From the NCBI RefSeq assembly GCF_964194025.1, contig NC_134471.1, positions 27,900,001-27,964,000 of the forward strand: DNA of 64,000 nt, written 5' to 3'. Positions 27,601 through 39,419 of the stretch are shown here, one piece after another. Both the position numbers and the translations under genes were made by a program. Positions within the stretch are counted from its first letter, which is position 1. Every line of letters begins with the position of its first letter. This DNA comes from Convolutriloba macropyga. Its lineage: Eukaryota. A model generated the notes under the pieces. It was not told the origin of the DNA, ran no database searches, and saw only the letters and a list, made by a program, of their open reading frames with translations.

Positions 27601-28112
27601 TAAAGTAGGTCAATTGGGGTTTTTTGTAGGAGTTATAATTGAATTCGTGCGGATTCGAAAAGTGCCCAAAATCGGGGGCTCCAGCGTCACTCGATTTTTT
27701 AAGTTTTTCAAATCGCTTCAAAATTTGCATGTCGGTTCCTCGGCTTGAAAAATGCTGCAGCGCAAAAGTTTGGAATGATCGGGGCATTTTTCACAATTTC
27801 ATGACTGTTTTTCTGAGGTGAACCTAGGATTTTTGGAAAGGTCAATTTTAGGCTAAGATTTTGGTACTTAGAACGGGTCAAAAGGGGTCAGTTATAGCTG
27901 GAATTGCTTCTACTGGATGAGGGCTGTTCAGGACAGTAGGATAATCCAGGTTCGGACCAGTAGTTCTGGAGATATATCAAAATAACTAGGATTTAAGGTC
28001 GAAATTTTTCGAATTTTGGGCGATTTTTGGGCTTTAGGGCTAAGTTGCTCAGGCTTGTTGGGCTTTTGGGGCAATTAGATGGTACTGCTGGACTGTACTG
28101 GGTCTGTACATG

Positions 28113-28535
28113 CTAATGGATGTAGATGGTTATGGGTAGAGGGTCAAAGACTTGACGTATAAGTTCAAAAATGATGTTAAAATCTAATTTATCATAGCCA
28201 CTGGCGAGTTTTGGAAGACTTAAGTGTGAAATTCCTGCATCTATTACTATTTCTCTTAGTTCATAAAGACTTGCTAATACAGATTCGTATGTGGGTTTGT
28301 GGTAGTATCTGAATTTGGTAACTAATTTGAAGATATAACGCTCAAAATAGGGGTCAAAATATATTAAAACAGCCAATATTCGGTGGGTATCTAAGTCTGA
28401 TTGCACTTGGGGCTGCTGGGTACCAGCTTTTGACTTGTCTGGCTAATGCCTTTGCCATTGCAAGGTCTGCTGATATACAGAGTGCAAAAGAGTGTCGAGA
28501 GTGTAAGATATCTGTTGGTGAACTAAGATAAGTTG
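28113..28535 (-). pseudogene. TARG1/OARD1-like macrodomain, duplicated copy (2-bp deletion near 28370)
   Basis: SFALCISADLAMAKALA...RYIFKLVTK..YHKPTYESV..SL..L.....GISHLSLPKLASGYDKLDF matches the TARG1 pattern HCISED.RMGAGIA / YYLITK / KPTY / LSMPRIGCGLD.L.W. Confidence 0.88.
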
Positions 28536-31075
28536 CATTGATTTCTTGTCTAAAGTGATTTAAGTTTTGGTTTGATGAGCCTGGTGAAGAGTTTTTTGTT
28601 TGAGATCTGGTTACTGGTTTGTTTGCTGAACTGCTGTGCTTTTTCCCTGAATATTTGGCTATACTAGCTCTAACTTGATCTAATTTTGTCTCTCTACTTG
28701 GTGTATTTGTCTGTTTTGATGTTTGTGCTGATGCTTTTGTTGCTTCACGTTTTTCTTCTTGCTCCAATCTAGTTCGTGCATTTTTCGGTCTAGGACTGCC
28801 TGATCTTCTAACTTGGTTGCTTAGATAAGAGTTTGTTCTATCTTCTTCATGCAACATTATTTGTCTATGTAATTTAAATCCGCGTACATTTTTCCGCTGT
28901 TGGTAGTCTAGTGGTTTGAATGCACTTTTCTCTGGTTTTCGTTTAGGATTATAAGGTCGGGCTCTAATCTTCCTGTCAGTTAATGCGAATTGTTCTTCAT
29001 GTTATTCTGGAGGCGATTCAATGTCGAATGGTACTATTGATGGCTGAGGTTGTTGAGCTGGTAGGAACATTTCATCATCTGATGAGGATGATACTAGAGG
29101 AACACGATTTTCTGGTTCTTGCTGTCGAATTTCATCAGCAATTAGTGGATCAACCGGTATTCTTGCTATTTGTTGTGCATCTAGGTTCAGGTCAGCTAGA
29201 TTTTCATCTGAACTGCTATTCTCATCAAATAAGTTTGGAATTGCTTCATCTGAGCTTGAAGAATCAAATACTGGAAGATGGACTGGTGCTGTTCGTGGTC
29301 TAACTGCTGGTGCTACTACCCTTGGTGGGGCCAGTGGCACTGCTGGAGATGCTGCTGCTGGTCAAAGATGTGCAGATTTCGATTTTTTCACTTTTTTCAA
29401 CATTTATGCATTTCTGTGAGATGTGTATCAATTTATTAGGCTTGGAAAACTACTAGAGAGACTGAGTAATGGATATGGGCTCATAAGTCGGTTATTTTGT
29501 ACTATTTTCTGGTCTAATTCTGGTTCTATTTTGACGAATTTGACAAGAGTCTGGTAGGCTTCAGTATTTTGCTATTATTTCAACATTTTACTAAACAATT
29601 TTCAATATTTTTGATATGAGCGTGTAGCTTGAGCATACGGATGTTTTAAGCTAATTATATCGGGTTTTAGATCAATATTTTGGATTTTATGAACATATAC
29701 GTAAATTTTCAAACAGTCCCCAAAATTGAGGGCCCCAGGGTCAGTCAATTTTGAAAATGCTTTGATTGAGCTCAAAATTGGTGAATCGCTTTATCGGCTC
29801 AAAAACCCTGCAGCGCAAAAATTTGGGCGGTTTTAACTATTAGGCTATGAAGAACTTGTTCAAAATGATTGATATTGCTATGGTTGAACTGCTCATGAGT
29901 AGGGCTAACTGAATTAACAATAATATTGGGCATATTTGAGTATTAAGATGCATTTTTGGTCACTTTTTTTGGAAATCACACTCAATTTTTTGTAATTTTC
30001 GTTACTTTGGCAGTCTTTTCTCAACTTGTATTGGCACTAGGGGGCTGGGAGTGCATATTCCAAGAGATATAGGTGTGGGTGTGCTTAATTGCTGTCAGAA
30101 GTTAATAGTTTTGACTTTAGTGGGAAATAACTATTTTTTCTGACAAAATTGTGGCAATTTCAGAGCTTATTTGGGTTTAAGTCTTCATGGTTGATACTGA
30201 ATTGAGCTGGGACTGGTTTTTATGGTACTACAAGGCTAGTGGGGGGTTGCACTAGGGTTGTAGGGGGTATAGGTGGCTTTAATCGGGTCAGGTGGGGAAT
30301 AAAATGACAAAAATTTTTAAGCGGTGGATTGAAGAAGCACATTTTTTGTTTTTTTTTCGTTATTTTTCAACATATACTTGGCGATATTGGGTTTTTATGG
30401 TTGTTTGAGGTTGTGCCATGCGGGTGGCAGCTGGGAGTAGCTGCTGGAGGCATTTGGAACAGTTTTTGACATATTTTTGGGGTATAATTTACACTACATT
30501 TTAATCAATTTTAACACACTTCGGTAGGGTTCGGCATTTTTGTCATAACTCAACTTTTATTAATTTTTGACGGGATTTTTGGGTACTGCGACGTCAAGCG
30601 TGAGCAGTAGGATGGTCTGGGGCTATAAAATAGGTCAATTAGGGGTTTTTTGTAGGAGTTATAATTGAATTCGTGCGGATTCGAAAAGTGCCAAAAATCG
30701 GGGGCTCCAGCGTCACTCGATTTTTTAAGTTCTTCTTAAGTTTGGAATGATCGGGGCATTTTTCACAATTTTATGACTGTTTTTCTGAGGTGAACCTAGG
30801 ATTTTTGGAAAGGTCAATTTTATCCTAAGTTTTTGGTACTTAGAACGGGTCAAAAGGGGTCAATTATAGCTGGAATTGTTTTTACTGGATGAGGGCTGTT
30901 CAGAACAGTAGGTTAATCCACGTTCGGACAAGTAGTTCTGGAGATATATCAAAATAACTAGGATTTAAGGTCGAAATTTTTCGAATTTTGGGCAATTTTT
31001 GGGCTTTAGGGCTAAGTTGCTCAGGCTTTTGGGGCAATTAGATGGTACTGCTGGACTGTACTGGGTCTGTACATG

Positions 31076-31500
31076 CTAATGGATGTAAATGGTTATGGGT
31101 AGAGGGTCAAAGACTTGTCGTATAAGCTCAAAAATGATGTTAAAATCTAATTTGTCATAGCCACTGGCGAGTTTTGGAAGACTTAAGTGTGAAATTCCTG
31201 CATCTATTACTATTTCTCTCAGTTCATAAAGACTTGCTAATACAGATTCGTTTGTGGGTTTGTGGTAGTATCTGAAATTGGTAACTAAACTGAAGATATA
31301 ACGCTCAAAATAGGGGTCAAAATATATTAAAACTGAGCCAATATTCGGTGGCTATCTAAGTCTGATTGCACTTGGGGCTGCTGGGTACCAGCTTTTGACT
31401 TGTCTGGCTAATCCCTTTGCCATTGCAAAGTCTGCTGATATACAGAGTGCAAAAGAGTGCGGAGAGTGTAAGATATCTGTTGGTGAACTAAGATATGTTG
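31076..31500 (-). pseudogene. TARG1/OARD1-like macrodomain at the Pol C-terminus (premature TAG at 31352)
   Basis: Same motifs as the other copy. It follows integrase and a Pro/Ala/Ser-rich linker, and the frame continues past the TAG as PPNIGSVLIYFD. Confidence 0.88.
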
Positions 31501-34500
31501 CATTGATTTCTTGACTAAAGTGATTTAAGTTTTGGTTTGATGAGCCTGGTGAAGAGTTTTTTGTTTGAGATCTGGTTACTGGTTTGTTTGCTGAACTGCT
31601 GTGCTTTTTCCCTGAATATTTTGCTATACTAGCTCTAACTTGATCTAATTTTGTCTCTCTACTTGGTGTTTTTGACTGTTTTGATGCTTGTGCTGATGCT
31701 TTTATTGCTTCACGTTTTTCTTCTTGCTCCAATCTAGTTCGTGCATTTTTCGGTCTAGGACTGCCTGATCTTCTAACTTGGTTGGTTAGATAAGGGTTTC
31801 TTCTATCTTCTTCTTGCAACATTATTTGTCTATCTAATTTAAATCCGCGTACATTTTTCCGCTGTTGGTAGTCTAGTGGTTTGAATGCACTTTTCTCTGG
31901 TTTTTGTTTAGGATTATAAGGTCGGGCTCTTTTCTTCCTGTCAGTTAATGCAAATTGTTCTTCATGTTATTCTGGAGGCGATTCAATGTCGAATGGTACT
32001 ATTGATGGCTGAGGTTGTTGAGCTGGTAGGAACATTTCAGCATCTGATGAGGATGATACTAGATGAACACGATTTTCTGGTTCTTGCTGTCGAATTTCAT
32101 CAGCAATTAGTGGATCAACCGGTATTCTTGCTAATTGTTAAGCATCTAGGTTCAGGTCAGCTAGATGTTCTTCTGAACTGCTATTCTCATCAAATAAGTT
32201 TGGAATTGCTTCATCTGAGCTTGAAGAATCAAATACTGGAAGATGGACTGGTGCTGTTCGTGGTCTAACTGCTGGTGCTGCTACCCTTGGTGGGGCCAGT
32301 GGTACTGCTGGAGGTGCTGCTGCTGCAGGTCCTGTTGCTTGTCCACCTAGGGGGACGTTTATGGTCACTCTGACTGGGTCTGGTTTCACTTTCTTAGACT
32401 GTTGTAACTCGTTTTCTTGTTCATATATCACATCTGGGATATGTTTATCAAATAGATCAGGTTCCATGTGTTGCCGTCTTGATAGATCAGGTTGAAAATT
32501 TACAGGATTAATTACTTCAAGGCCTTCAGGGGTTTCACTTGGCTTAACTGGTTTCAATCTGATACGGTGAACACATTGTGTGTAATTCGTGTTTACTTTT
32601 CGAATGATGTAATTAGAGTCAGTAAGGACTTTTTCCACTTTATACAGCGGTAGCACTTTCTGAACTTGAGAAGCTATTACTGTTGATTGTTCTAATAGCT
32701 TGGGATTCACAAGTAAACAGAATGATTTCTCCGGAATGGGTTTTGCTGATGCTTTTTGGTCATAATACTTTTCATACACTTCAAGTATGCAGTCGTTAGT
32801 TTTTCTTTGTTTTCTCCGATCTTTTGCATCATGGCATCTTGCAGTTCATTTACAAAATCAGAATTTACTGTTACTGCATTCATTACTTCTCTGGAGAACC
32901 TAATGTCAAGGGATTTTATTGGTTCTCTGCCATGGAATAAAGTTGAAGGGCAACAATTTGTCGCTGAATGATAAGAAGTATTATGAATGAATGTTGCTAA
33001 TGCAACATATTTATGCCAATCTTTCCATTGTTCCTCAGTATTGAGCTTAAATATTCGTTTCAGTGGTCCGTGAGATCGTTCTATTGCTCCAATGGTCTGA
33101 GGGTTCTTTAGTGAGGCATGTTTTAACTTTACTTCTAGTAAACTTGCTCATTCTGACATTAATTCCGAAGTAAAATTTGTTCCTAAGTCACTAAGTATCG
33201 TTTGAGGAATGTAGCTATGTTGAAAGAACACCACTACTAATTCTCGGGCTACTGTGTCAGCATATCCATTTGTTAGTGGGACTGCAAATAGATGCTTTGT
33301 GAAAACATCTATTCGACTCAAAACATACTTAAATTGCGAGGACTTTAGTGGGCCTACTAAGTCAATTTGGAGCATATCTCCTGGATATGATTGTAGTGAA
33401 CTAACTGGTTGCAATTTTGTGTAATGTGGCTTTTCGGAACTCTGTTTAATTGGAGACAAGTCAGGCAGTTTTTAATGAAACTAATGAAGTGTTCAGTGAA
33501 ACCGGGGTAATAGAATCGCTTTCTAAATTCTTGAATTGTTGCTTTTGGGCCTAAATGACATGTTTGTGAATTATGGAGCCTATATATAGTCTCTTTCCAC
33601 AAATGCTTAGGTACACAGAATTGTTTATGAAGTACTTTTCCAGTATCATCATAAAAATTCCGGTATAAGACATTCCCTTCAAGAATTAATCTATTTAAAT
33701 GTTTGTGATACTTTTTTAAGTTGGTTGAAGCATACTTTAAGTCTGGTTGTTGATTGTTTTGTTGAATCCAGCTTATTACTGTACTAATGTCTGCATCCTT
33801 TTGCTGCTCTTCTGCTAAGTTAAGGCTAATTAAGTTGTCTGTAAGGTCTGGGAACTCATCTAATGGGTTTGGGTACTCAGTTGAATTTATTTCTTGCTTT
33901 CTTTTAAGTTTTAATAGACTTTGTATTTCTGTGACTGGTAAATTATTCTGTTTCTTTTTGTAATCGTCATAGACTCCGAGTTTTTTAAGGACGTCAAGTT
34001 CAGCACTATTAATTTCGTCATCGAAATTTTCAATATCAAATAACACATTTAGTTCAATGTCAGGATTCTGGGCTTCTGTGTCTATTTCTATTTCTCTAAC
34101 TGGAATTCTATCTGTTAACTTTAAAGACATTGTCGCTGTTTTATCGTTCTCCATTCTAGAGAGAAAATCTGCTGCGTAGTTAGCGCGTCCAGGAATGTGA
34201 GCAATTACTATGTTAAAGGCAAGTATTCTGTCTAAACAATTCCAAAGAGATGGCGGTATTACTTTTGACTGAAAGAATTGCGTAAGGCTTTTGTTGTCGT
34301 ATAATTACTTGTTTACTTGATCCCCAAATGTAGTGCAAAAAGTAATCCAGTGCATAGTACAAGGCTAGGAACTCTTTGTATTAAATTGAAAACTTTAATT
34401 GCGTTGCATTAAACAAATGCGATCCAAACGATACGGGAGCGTATGTTTTCTTTTCTTTCTTTCCAGTTTCGTTTACATAGTCTTCCACCATTAGTACAAG

Positions 34501-36860
34501 ACCTGCGCCGTGGTAACTAGCGTCACAAAGAATTACATACTGCAAGCCTGGTTTTGGCAATCGGAATGTTACATTTGTTGCTTCCATTAGATCCTTCTTT
34601 ATTACTTCTAATGCCTTTACATGTTCTTCTGTGGTTTCTATTACTGCATCCTTCTTCAGGAGCTTGTAAAATGACATTAGTTTTTCACCTAGTTTAGGGA
34701 TGTAATTTCTGAAGAATTGCGTGAAACCGATTAATCGCTTTACTTGCTTTGTTGTTTTCGGCATTTTGAATTTATCGAGAAATTTAGTTATTTTTGACTT
34801 TTCATGTGATATTCCTTCTGCACTGATGTTATTTCCAAGAAATTTCATTGTATCTGTTGCTATTTCACACTTTTCAGGTGACAATTTTAGTCCGGATTGA
34901 CGTATACAGATAAATATTTCTCGCAAAGAGGGTACCAATTGTTCAAAATTTGTTACTGCATTTCCACTATCATCTATAAACTGGGTACAATTTCCTGAGG
35001 CTAGGCATGGGTCCAAATAATGTCTAATGAAAGAGCTAAATCCAGTTACTGACTTATTCAGTCCTTGGGCAACGCATTTATAAGCATAATTTCTCGAAGC
35101 AAATTTAAATGCTAGCAGTTGCACTGATACATCGGCTGCCATTTGCACACAGTGATATACTTGAGAACAGTCAAGTTTTGTAAACAACTTTTTCCCGGCA
35201 AAGTAATTTATTGCATCATTCATGTTCGAAATTGGTAAAATTTGTATTCACATAATCGTTTTTCAGCAAATGATTTACTTTTCTCAAGTCTCTAGTCTAA
35301 GTCTTCCTGAATTTTTCCGTTGAGCGAAAAGCAGACTACTATATCTTGATTGAGACAAAGTTGTTATCAGTCCATAGTAATGCATTAATGCTAATTCTAC
35401 TTGCAACTCTATTCTCAGATGGACAGGCGTTGGAGGTCCTTCCTCATAAATTGGTATGCTTCTTTCTGGAGTTACCTTTATTTTTAAATCTGTATTATAT
35501 CCGACGTCAAATCTGTTTTGCAAAAATGTCACTGAATTCGACTAATAATTCGCCTACTACAGCTTTTTGCTCATAGTTAAGGGCCGATTTCTCCCACGGG
35601 AACTTGCTCAAAAAAGTGATTTTATCCTGATTATTACCCTTTGGATCTAATTTCTCCATTTCTTGCAGTTTGAGCAGTTGCTCAAATATTTCTCTCTGCA
35701 AGGGCGACAAATTTGTCGGATCTGGGCACGTTTCAGGCGTGGGGAACCACAATTTTTCATATTCTGGAGCCGGCTTTGCTGGTTGGGCCTTTCTTTTTGG
35801 CGTATCTGTGACTTGAATTAGTTGATTTATTTCTGTTAAATAATTTTCACTCATTTTTGCTACATTTATTAATTGAGGATCTACTTCTAACAACGTTTCA
35901 GCTTGATCTGATGTTAAGAATGAGAATTTGGCTATTTCTTTGCCTTTATTTATGGTAATTGGATGGTCAGTAATGTTGAGGACATAGATATAAAGAATAT
36001 TATTTTCAGCAACTTTACTTAAAGAGGATTTTAATATTACTTCGCTATCTTTTTCAAAGATTTCGTTTGGAATTATTACCCCACAAAGATCAGTGAATGA
36101 TTCTAGTTTGTCCTGAAGCTTGCATTCTAGTACTGCTTGTTGATTTGGTTGTAATACTTGCTCTTTCTGTGTATAAACTCCGAATTTTTTACGCTTTACT
36201 ACCCTTCTGGGTTGCTTTTCTGACTTTAATTCATTGATTTGCAGAGTTTGGTCAGGGAATTTAATGTAGCTTTGTCCTGCGCAGATGCTAACTTTATGTT
36301 TAACAAAGAATGGGTTGCCTAATATTACAGGAATTGTGACAATTAAAACAAGGAAATCTTCTGTGAATGTTTGTGTGCGCAATTTAAATGTAACTTTAAT
36401 TACTTTGTCAATTTTAACTATATTTCCGTTTGCCATTATCTAGATCCGGCTTTTCTATTTCTGTTATTGAATTGATAATTGTGTTAATAAGTTCCTTGTA
36501 AAACTCGCGGCTTATCACGTTTGCAAATGCTCCTGTATCAATTAGTGCGCGTCTTTCAAATTCTCCATTAAATTTAATTTTAACATAGGATAATGTTCGG
36601 CCTAAAAGCGGGACAATGCTATATAATTGTTGAATATGTGCTACTGGTTTTAGTGTGGGTTGAGGTACTTGTGTTGGGAGTTGCACAGATTTATTCACTT
36701 TATTTTTATTACTATTTCTTTTGCGTTTTCTACGCTTTTTGTTACTTTATAAACTGGTTCTATTACTTTATCTAAACTAGGACTAGACGTGCTTTCGTTA
36801 TAATAATTAACTGAGTTTTTATAATTTTCATTTTGTTTTTTAAAGTTGGGTGGCTTTATT
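31076..36860 (-). pseudogene. pol: pol polyprotein (PR, dUTPase-like insert, RT, RNase H, integrase, linker, macrodomain), multiple frameshifts
   Basis: PR RALIDTGA; RT KLDCSQ.YH, AQGL, QFIDD; RH ILCDASYHGAG and HIPG..N..AD.LSR; IN H..H...CLTC, QIDLVGP, LSDLGTNF. Confidence 0.95.
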
Positions 36861-36870
36861 AGTTTTTTTG
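36859..36870 (-). promoter_or_regulatory. Probable -1 ribosomal frameshift site at the gag-pol junction
   Basis: Minus-strand C AAAAAAAC TAA: an A-AAA-AAC slippery heptamer immediately before a stop, at the end of the Asn/Gln-rich gag tail. Confidence 0.55.
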
Positions 36871-38102
36871 TTGATGAAATGGGTAATTCATACTTCTCAT
36901 AGTTCTATTTTGAGGAATACTTGCACGATTAAACTGATTTGCTTGTTGACTAGTATATCGGTTTTGTGCTGGCGCTGGGCTATCATAAACTATTCCCTGT
37001 CGAAGAAGATTTGCAGGGGTATTTCCAGTAGGGAACCGATAAATTGGTCTATTAACATAAGCTGGATGAACAAATGGGGGGCTATTTGAAGGTTCAGTCC
37101 AATGATTCCGAGTTTGTGGCTGTTCATTATGATAAAATGGTCTAGGGGCATTAAATTGTGGTCTAAACTCTCGGTAATTATTAGCACGGGGGGCATACTG
37201 TTGCTGGGGCCGATAGTTTTGCTGAAATTGACGATAATTGGGCTGATATTGAGGGTAATTTGGTTGATAATTTTGATAATGCGGGCGAAAATTTTGTCTA
37301 TAACTTTGTCTGTAGACTTGTTGTGGGTAATTTGGTGTGAAAATGTTTACTGGGCCTTGTTCTGGTGGCTCATTTTTACTGCTATGCTCTGTTCAAGTTT
37401 TTGCTCAAGTTCTTTTTGATTATTTGAGATAACAGTTATTGCTTTTAACATTTTATCTGTATTTGATTCTGTTATTTCGTTAAATCCATCGTCAAAGTAC
37501 TCTTCTCTGTTACACATCTCCCTAATTGCAATTTGTTGGCTAGCTAAGGTGCATAATTGGTCAATTGTATCAGTATCTGGCCTTTCTAACAACTTAGGCT
37601 TAAGCCAGTTCGGCATAGACTTAATGAAGAAGCGCTTTATTTGTTCATTTTTCCTGTTTTCTGACATTTCAAGGGCAGATTCCCTTGCTGCTGTCTCTTT
37701 CAAATCTACGAGCCTCAGCATCACGTCCTCCTGCTGCCGCTACTACTATTTCGGGTGCTGGATATGCTTTATTTGCTTCTGTTCTCAACTTTACTAAGAC
37801 ATTTTTTACTGTATCAGTTTTTGGATCTCCAACTTTATTATTCTGATCTCTCTCAAGTCGTCTTGTGTGAATCTATTTCTTAGAGCTGTTATACTATCCG
37901 CAAAAACTAGTCTGGTAGCCTCTGGTAGGGTTAGAAAGTATCTTAATGCATCTCCTTTTAAATGTAATTGCAGAAAATTCGCTTGTTGGGCGGCTGCGAT
38001 TGCTGCAACTCCAATTGCACCTGTTATTAACTGTTCAAATTCGTTGAAATTGTCCGTTTCTGATCCAGAGAAGGGTGTGATGTTGATTTGCGCGTGTGAC
38101 AT
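36859..38102 (-). pseudogene. gag: gag (frameshifted)
   Basis: MSHAQINITPFSGSE...FLQLHLKGDALRYF...ALRNRF is a Gypsy capsid-like start, followed by FIKSMPNWLKPKLL and an N/Q-rich tail. It lies directly upstream of the protease. Confidence 0.85.
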
Positions 38103-38601
38103 TTTGCTTTTTACCCGTTTAGATTATATACTTATCGTTCAATCAGTCTTATTTTTGTTCTAAAGTATTAAATAGCACACTTAACTTAATTAGGAGAGAT
38201 TAATTGGTTAATAGCAATAATGAAGTTAAATGAGTAGCAAAAGAGATCAGAAAAAGAAACTACTGAAACCATTCGGTCAGAAAATAATAAAGATGGGCTG
38301 CTTATGAACCTATTCCTAAAGCTCCGGTCGAATCGTCAGACATATCGTTGAAGCCGTATGGGCCGCCGAAGTCTCACCTCTAAAGAGTGCCCCTTAGTCT
38401 AGGAAAATTCTTGGGGACCACGACCGCACAGGCTTTGTGGAAGCTGCACTCAGATAGGCAACAGCATAATGACCGAAGTCACTGTTTGATTCATTAACCT
38501 CCGGAGCTGGTTGGGAAAATTAAATATAATTATTATTCTGTTTAAATTTAGGTTTTGCCCTCTTTTAGTTAATATTTAATTGATGGTTTCAGTAATTTAG
38601 C

Positions 38602-38964
38602 TTATTCTGATATTATCTGGTAATCAGTAAGGATGTTGTCAAGGTTAATATCTCTATCAGATTGAAGTTTGTTACGAATAAGGCCAAATTTGCGAGCTTT
38701 TTGATTTAAACTTTTCGCTATCCAATAAATTGCAACACGTTTATCATCTTTATCTAGCACATAAATTACGATGGATTTAGAAACTGAAGAGGAGAAAGCG
38801 GTTACTATCTGAGCTTGCGTTTTGTTACTGTTTTGTGTGTAGTTGATGTTATTTCCTTCAATATGTTCAACAAAATTGGGGGAAGTGCGGCAATTATTAA
38901 TAGCGGGGAGAATTTGTTCTTTATAAATTGACTTAAATAAAGCACCAATATTAATTTTACAAAT
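38602..38964 (-). pseudogene. Extra open frame (ORF0) between the PBS and gag
   Basis: 120 stop-free codons (ICKINIGALFKSIYKEQILPAINN...IVIYVLDKDDKRVAIYWIAKSLNQKARKFGLIRNK...) preceded by one in-frame TGA and 30 more open codons. Absent from the ORF track because it lacks an early start codon. Confidence 0.5.
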
Positions 38965-39155
38965 TCATTTACTCACAATATCCTCGTTTGCAAATACCTT
39001 GTGTTGTTTTTGTGCGTTGTGACGGCTGTGGTTGAGTTTGTTCCAGTTGTTGTTCACTCAAGCACTTTTGAATTATTGTTGCATTTTGTCCACAAAGACA
39101 CAAACACAGTTTCCAACCATTCTTTCCTTTGTTGCTGCTTTCTGCGTTATCGTCT

Positions 39156-39361
39156 TGCTCGGAAAGGAAGTGCTGGAAGCTGATTGAATGTTCTTAAGGT
39201 AATGAAATGGAAGAAGATAAAGAAAGTGTCAAAAGAAGAAAATGTCGAATTTATCAAATGCTCGGAAAGGAAGTGCTGGAAGCTGATTGAATGTTCTTAA
39301 GGTAATGAAATGGAAGAAGATAAAGAAAGTGTCAAAAGAAGAAAATGTCGAATTTATCAAA
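39156..39361. repeat. 103-bp perfect tandem duplication in the 5' leader
   Basis: TGCTCGGAAAGGAAG at 39156 and 39259. Confidence 0.92.
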
Positions 39362-39401
39362 GAATTATTCGAAAATTTGGTCCGCTAAACTGGGAAACAG
39401 T

Positions 39402-39419
39402 TAGTAACTCCTGTCACCA
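39402..39419 (-). promoter_or_regulatory. Primer-binding site, tRNA-Leu-like
   Basis: TGGTGACAGGAGT directly after the 5' LTR; 12/13 match to the tRNA-Leu PBS TGGTGTCAGGAGT. Confidence 0.75.

Larger units (their letters stand above)
20643..27817. repeat. ~3.5-3.7-kb tandem duplication of the pol-env spacer (20643-24153 / 24154-27817)
   Basis: AACATGTTGAAG restarts at ~24154. Paired ORFs: 20701/24213, 21791/25507, 23258/26912. Copy 1 lacks ~160 bp at a CACTTG-like microhomology (~21776). Confidence 0.93.
26295..32326. repeat. ~3.0-kb tandem duplication covering the Pol C-terminus, macrodomain and part of the spacer (junction ~29360)
   Basis: At 29351-29370, pol sequence GCTGCTGCTG joins spacer sequence GTCAAAGATGTGCAG (also at ~22584 and ~26297). 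Macrodomain stop codons at 28113 and 31076. Confidence 0.93.

Noticed and set aside
21172-27821. Other short spacer ORFs (21172, 21791, 22798, 23258, 23929 and their duplicates)
   Set aside because: Mostly non-ATG starts with no coherent protein features. Several merely overlap the conserved 145-bp DNA module, and the third partial copy breaks those it covers.
28983-32268. Hydrophobic plus-strand ORFs 28983..29303 and 31948..32268
   Set aside because: Antisense shadows of the Pol linker; they recur only because of the 3-kb duplication.
36860-37350. Gag CCHC zinc knuckle
   Set aside because: No C-x2-C-x4-H-x4-C could be read in the N/Q-rich gag tail.
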